A stretch of DNA of 10,054 nucleotides from Nanopusillaceae archaeon (lineage in GTDB: Archaea; Nanobdellota; Nanobdellia; Nanobdellales; Nanobdellaceae), in NCBI GenBank assembly GCA_038833255.1, contig JAWBIX010000013.1, forward strand, positions 1 to 10,054. Reading direction: 5' to 3'. Shown in pieces: positions 6,796 through 10,054 of the stretch (its first letter is position 1; each line of letters starts with the position of its first letter). The notes below the pieces were generated by a model. That model searched no databases and had not been told where the DNA came from. It saw only the letters and a program-made list of their open reading frames with translations. Made by a program: the position numbers and the translations under genes.

Positions 6796-7250
6796 GTTAA
6801 GCTACAAGTATTATTATAGATATAAACTATTTTTTCATCATAAGACCCAACATTTGAAACTACTTTTACAGAATATATTCCATCAGATAAATTAAAAACC
6901 GATATTTTTAATGTTTCATGTTTATGCCATGCAGAATCATTAAAAATCTTATATGCAAAAGATATGAATATTTCGCTATATCTACCATTAATAAAAAATT
7001 TTGTTAAGTTCGGATTTAGGATAGTGTTTCCTCTATTTGTTACATAAAATGATACAACTCCATTTTCATAAGAACAAGAATCAATGTCAATTACAGATTG
7101 TAATCTATCAGAAATTATTTTTTCTCTACTTATTATTGCTCCCTGTATTTCTGCTATATTTTTGAACAATCCAGAAGCAAGTAAATATACGGCAACTATA
7201 GTAACTATGAAAAGTAAGACATATGATATTACAGTTGCAATTCCTTTCAT
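6792..7250 (-). CDS. Archaeal type IV pilin-like / ArlF-ArlG (FlaF/FlaG)-like protein with a putative class III signal peptide
   Basis: 152-aa ORF with ATG start and TGA stop. The N-terminus MKG|IATVISYVLLFIVTIVAVYLLASG resembles the archaeal pilin N-terminal domain consensus: a basic residue, then Gly, then a small residue, then ~20 hydrophobic residues. The following beta-rich domain carries the pattern VTNRGNTILNPNLTKFFINGRY, typical of FlaF/FlaG-like and pilin-like proteins. It is translationally coupled to the downstream DUF2341 gene. Confidence 0.6.
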   Translation of the reverse strand: MKGIATVISYVLLFIVTIVAVYLLASGLFKNIAEIQGAIISREKIISDRLQSVIDIDSCSYENGVVSFYVTNRGNTILNPNLTKFFINGRYSEIFISFAYKIFNDSAWHKHETLKISVFNLSDGIYSVKVVSNVGSYDEKIVYIYNNTCSLT

Positions 7251-7286
7251 AAAATAAAATTATTTTTTAGAAACTTTATTTATTAT

Positions 7287-7358
7287 GGGCCCGTAGTCTA
7301 GCGGTAGGATTCCGGCCTCGCTAGCCGGAGGTCCCGGGTTCAAATCCCGGCGGGTCCA
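7287..7358 (+). tRNA. tRNA-Ala (anticodon CGC)
   Basis: GGGCCCG TA GTCTAGCGGTAGGAT T CCGGC CTCGCTA GCCGG AGGTC CCGGG TTCAAAT CCCGG CGGGTCC A. This folds as a full cloverleaf with the G3:U70 alanine identity pair, anticodon CGC at 7319-7321, a GG in the D loop and a TTCAAAT T loop. There is no intron and no encoded CCA. Position 37 is T, which is unusual. Confidence 0.93.
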
Positions 7359-7396
7359 ATTTTTAATAATATTGACTTACAATTAGAATATATAAC

Positions 7397-7467
7397 GCGC
7401 CGGTCGTCTAGTGGTAGGATGCGGGCCTTCCAAGCCCGTGACCCGGGTTCAAATCCCGGCCGGCGCA
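7397..7467 (+). tRNA. tRNA-Gly (anticodon UCC)
   Basis: GCGCCGG TC GTCTAGTGGTAGGAT G CGGGC CTTCCAA GCCCG TGAC CCGGG TTCAAAT CCCGG CCGGCGC A. The acceptor stem is a perfect 7 bp, the anticodon TCC is at 7429-7431, position 37 is A, and the variable loop is 4 nt. There is no intron and no encoded CCA. Confidence 0.95.
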
Positions 7468-7470
7468 ATC

Positions 7471-8058
7471 TTAAATTAAAAAAGAAATAAGATGTCTTAA
7501 AACATTATCTAGATCTTTATGATATTTTTTATAATACTTTATATACATTATTGTTTTTTTGTCCAATTCTTTTGGTAAAAAAGATTTTATTTTATCATAG
7601 TTCCCTTCTATAATAGCTTTTCTTATGTAGCTAGAGTTTAAAATATTGGTTTTTTTCTCATAATAAACATTTATATGCAATGAATATAATCTTGCTATTA
7701 GAGAAACTATTTTGTATGCTAGAAATCTATCTAAATCTCTAGTATAAATCAAAAATTCTTTCTCTCCAGTAGATTTTAAAATATTCAAAAATTTTATGAG
7801 TAGTTTTTTATCTAAGATATTTATAGGCAAAATATAATATTTTCTATGATCTATATAATTTTCTAGAATAGAAGAGATGTATTTATACCTATAGTTAATT
7901 GGAATTGGATTTTTTGGTGATAAAATTTCTTTTTCATTTTTTTGAAGATATGTGGGTATTACTAGAACTAAATCAGTTTTATTAGATAATTTTAGTATTG
8001 TCTCTAAATGTTGTTTATGGAATGGCTGAAACTTCCCGATGAAGATACCTACTACCAT
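7471..8058 (-). CDS. nadM: Nicotinamide-nucleotide adenylyltransferase, archaeal type (cytidylyltransferase-fold)
   Basis: 195-aa ORF with ATG start and TAA stop. The N-terminus VGIFIGKFQPFHKQHLETI matches the archaeal NMNAT signature G(R/K)xQPFHxGH, except for G->Q. Further matches to the M. jannaschii-type enzyme are NPIPINYRY (cf. DPFTAGER), YYILPI (cf. YYIIPV) and NSSYIRKAIIEGNYDKIKSFLPKEL (cf. [23 protein letters not shown]). Confidence 0.72.
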   Translation of the reverse strand: MVVGIFIGKFQPFHKQHLETILKLSNKTDLVLVIPTYLQKNEKEILSPKNPIPINYRYKYISSILENYIDHRKYYILPINILDKKLLIKFLNILKSTGEKEFLIYTRDLDRFLAYKIVSLIARLYSLHINVYYEKKTNILNSSYIRKAIIEGNYDKIKSFLPKELDKKTIMYIKYYKKYHKDLDNVLRHLISFLI

Positions 8059-8078
8059 CTCTTCTAAGTAATTACAAA

Positions 8079-8090
8079 TTTTATATATAT
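8079..8090. promoter_or_regulatory. Shared A/T-alternating TATA element of a divergent promoter (nadM leftward, HerA-like ATPase rightward)
   Basis: TTTTATATATAT lies in a 56-bp spacer. Its centre is ~27 bp from the minus-strand ATG (8058) and ~30 bp from the plus-strand ATG (8115). There is no SD-like tract on either side. This is inferred from spacing only. Confidence 0.4.
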
Positions 8091-8114
8091 TGTTAAAGAT
8101 GTTTAAAATATTTT

Positions 8115-9425
8115 ATGGATATTATAATAGGAAGAACTCAGGATGAAATTGAAAAATATGGTAAAGAAGGGACAATTTTTATCGGAAAAGAATATATAAA
8201 GATGGAAAATGCTCTTTCTCTTGCAAATGAAGTTTATTTAGATGTCAATTTTCCACATATAATTTTAATTGTTGGAAAGAGAGGGCAAGGAAAATCTTAT
8301 ACATTATCTTCAATTATAGAAGGAATATCTCTGTTAGACTATTCATATAGAAAAAATATAGTCAATTTAGTTTTTGATACAATGGGAATATTTTGGACAA
8401 TGAAATTTCCGAACTATAGGGAAGCAGAATTATTAGAAAGATGGAATATGAAACCAAAAGCATTAGATAATGCAAAAATATATGTACCTGAAGGAATTTA
8501 TGAAAAATACGAGGATTTAAAAATCCCTGTTGATGATACCTTTACTATTAATCCGCATGATTTATCAGAAATCGATTGGACATTGGTTTTTAATTTAAAT
8601 CCAATATCATTGAAAGCAGCATATTTGCAAAGAATAATTAGAGAGCTTAAAAGAAGAAATGAGGACTATTCTATAGAAAACATAATCAATTATATTGAGA
8701 AAAAAAGTTTAGATCCAAAAATAAAAGAAATTTTGATAAATTATTTTGAAAATGCAAATTCCTGGGGATTGTTCTCGGAAAAAGCTACACAATTGAAGAA
8801 AATTTTAACTCCTGGAGATGTAATAATATTAGATATTTCTTTATATACTACAATACTGGGTGGATGGTCTGTTAAAAATTTAGTAATTGGATTAATCTCT
8901 AAAAAAATATTTTATGAAAGATTACTTTGGAGAAAAAAAGAAGAATTAGAAGAAGCATACTTGGGATTTGAAATTAGAGATAGAGAAATGCCTCTCATTT
9001 GGATATATATAGATGAAGCACATGAAGCCATTCCAAAAGATAGTATTACTCCTGCTACAGAACCATTGTTACAGATAATAAGAGAGGGCAGACAACCAGG
9101 AATATCGTTAGTTTTGGCAACGCAACAACCAGGAAAATTATTAATCGATGCAATTTCTCAGTCTGATATAGTTATATCCCATAGAGTTACTGCAAAAAGC
9201 GATATAGATGCTCTTAATGAAGTTATGAAAAATTTTACAGCTCAGGATATTGAAATATATATGAATGAAAATCTTCCAAAAAGAAAAGGGGCAGCAATAG
9301 TATTAGATGATAAATCAGAAAGAATATATCCAGTTCAAATAAAACCAAGATTTTCTTGGCATGGAGGTCAAGATGCTCAGTTAATTAGAAAAAGAATATG
9401 GTTAGAGGAATATTCAAAAAAATAG
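8115..9425 (+). CDS. HerA/FtsK-superfamily P-loop ATPase (DUF87 / COG0433-like), short form without a recognisable HAS-barrel
   Basis: 436-aa ORF with ATG start and TAG stop. Walker A is VGKRGQGKSYT (G54-S61, nt 8274-8297), followed by VFDTMG (cf. ifDpHGEY). Walker B is LIWIYIDEAHEAIP (D300-E301 at nt 9012-9017). The C-terminal HerA-type block is IIREGRQPGISLVLATQQPGKLLIDAISQSDIVISHRVTAKSDIDAL (cf. REGRKfGvsL.l.tQrP..l...vlsQc.t.i..rl....D). Confidence 0.8.
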   Translation: MDIIIGRTQDEIEKYGKEGTIFIGKEYIKMENALSLANEVYLDVNFPHIILIVGKRGQGKSYTLSSIIEGISLLDYSYRKNIVNLVFDTMGIFWTMKFPNYREAELLERWNMKPKALDNAKIYVPEGIYEKYEDLKIPVDDTFTINPHDLSEIDWTLVFNLNPISLKAAYLQRIIRELKRRNEDYSIENIINYIEKKSLDPKIKEILINYFENANSWGLFSEKATQLKKILTPGDVIILDISLYTTILGGWSVKNLVIGLISKKIFYERLLWRKKEELEEAYLGFEIRDREMPLIWIYIDEAHEAIPKDSITPATEPLLQIIREGRQPGISLVLATQQPGKLLIDAISQSDIVISHRVTAKSDIDALNEVMKNFTAQDIEIYMNENLPKRKGAAIVLDDKSERIYPVQIKPRFSWHGGQDAQLIRKRIWLEEYSKK

Positions 9426-10054
9426 AAGGAATAATATCTCTAGTTGTATTTATTTTATTTTTGATTTTTTATTTTAACGTTTATGATATTACGATATTTA
9501 ATGATTCTAATAATGAAATTTACAGAAAAATACAAACCATAGAAGAAATTTATAATAAGCTAAAAAAAGAAGGATATATTGTTAGTTTTAGAGTTTATAT
9601 ATCAAAATATTCTAAAGAAATTTTGTGTAATTTAAATAACGAAGAATTAAGAAAAGAACTTTGTTACAATCATCCTTTTTTTATTCCAATAAATCTTAGT
9701 TTTTTATTAAAAAATGATGGAATATTAAGTAATACAAATAATACTCTTTTTAAAAAAGACCTTGGAGGATTTGTATATCTAAATTTATCTTCTTTTGAAT
9801 GTGAAGAAGAAGAGTATATTTTAATTGAAGTAAAAGGTCCAATAAATTCTCCAAAAATTGTATTTGTTACAACTCCAACTATTTACTATTGGTTAAATAG
9901 TGGTTTTAATGTAACAGTAGAATCTAATGTAGAGGCAGAATTTAGTTATTGTTATTTATCGGAAAATGGAACATGTTTAGAATCTAATACTGGAAAATCT
10001 TATGGTATAATAATAAAAATAGATTATCTTACATCAGAAAAAGCAATTTTTAAT
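9398..10054 (+). CDS. Hypothetical membrane-anchored protein (partial, continues beyond the window); candidate partner of the HerA-like ATPase
   Basis: This ORF is not in the supplied track because it has no stop in the window. I translated it by hand: ATG at 9398, preceded by an in-frame TAG at 9386-9388, then 219 open codons to the window end. The sequence begins MVRGIFKKIEGIISLVVFILFLIFYFNVYDITIFNDSNNEIYRK... It has one N-terminal hydrophobic helix followed by a beta-rich N/Y/E-rich region with 5 Cys. It overlaps the ATPase 3' end by 28 nt in a different frame. An open frame this long is unlikely by chance in DNA this AT-rich. Confidence 0.6.
   Translation, partial: MVRGIFKKIEGIISLVVFILFLIFYFNVYDITIFNDSNNEIYRKIQTIEEIYNKLKKEGYIVSFRVYISKYSKEILCNLNNEELRKELCYNHPFFIPINLSFLLKNDGILSNTNNTLFKKDLGGFVYLNLSSFECEEEEYILIEVKGPINSPKIVFVTTPTIYYWLNSGFNVTVESNVEAEFSYCYLSENGTCLESNTGKSYGIIIKIDYLTSEKAIFN

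Noticed and set aside
7287-7467. Identical 17-nt T arm (CCGGGTTCAAATCCCGG) and near-identical D arm in tRNA-Ala and tRNA-Gly, as evidence of recent duplication
   Set aside because: The acceptor and anticodon stems differ completely and match their respective identities. Shared G+C-rich T and D arms among different tRNAs are common in thermophiles, so this is not a repeat element.
2000-7467. Functional link between glyS and the tRNA-Gly gene 3.7 kb downstream
   Set aside because: They are separated by four unrelated genes on both strands and are not co-transcribed. The adjacency is most simply chance in a compact genome.
7251-7470. tRNA pair as an integration hotspot, mobile element border or genomic island edge
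   Set aside because: There is no integrase, transposase or recombinase ORF in the window. I found no partial duplicate of either tRNA 3' end (for example GGTTCAAATCCCGG) anywhere else in the window. The flanking genes are ordinary.
7471-9425. NMNAT-like gene plus HerA-like ATPase as an NAD-centred defence or counter-defence pair (by analogy to SIR2-HerA systems)
   Set aside because: No SIR2, TIR, nuclease or other effector domain is present. NMNAT is an essential housekeeping enzyme. Divergent neighbours in a gene-dense genome are weak evidence. I kept only the shared-promoter observation.
1-10054. CRISPR array, long tandem repeats or IS elements
   Set aside because: Reading both strands, I saw no regularly spaced 25-40 nt repeats, no long inverted terminal repeats and no transposase-like ORFs. 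The only periodic structure is the C/D box unit at 5311-5407.

Overview
This is a very AT-rich (about 25-30% G+C by eye, not computed), tightly packed archaeal chromosomal segment. It uses the standard genetic code: TAA, TAG and TGA each terminate well-supported ORFs. The only strongly G+C-rich islands are two tRNA genes and a 97-nt block that I read as two abutting C/D box sRNAs. This contrast is typical of thermophilic, small-genome archaea (DPANN/Nanoarchaeota-like), but taxonomy cannot be established without a search. Start codons are preceded by A/T TATA-like elements about 25-30 bp upstream and no Shine-Dalgarno sequence, which suggests leaderless mRNAs. Housekeeping genes are an RNase J-like beta-CASP nuclease, an archaeal/eukaryal-type glycyl-tRNA synthetase, an archaeal-type NMN adenylyltransferase with an atypical HKQH motif, tRNA-Ala(CGC) and tRNA-Gly(UCC). 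A GT35 alpha-glucan phosphorylase homolog appears to have lost the PLP-binding lysine. The accessory-looking content has three parts. (1) An ATGA-coupled two-gene operon encodes a pilin-like/ArlF-ArlG-like protein and a larger paralog fused to a DUF2341 domain. (2) A HerA/FtsK-superfamily (DUF87-type) ATPase has its 3' end overlapped by a membrane-anchored ORF that runs off the window and is absent from the ORF track. (3) A small Cys-containing membrane protein lies downstream of RNase J. The best-supported new item is the tandem C/D box sRNA pair at 5311-5407. The most system-like unexplained items are the HerA-like ATPase/membrane protein module and the pilin-like/DUF2341 operon. All family assignments rest on motif recognition by eye and need HMM or structure confirmation.
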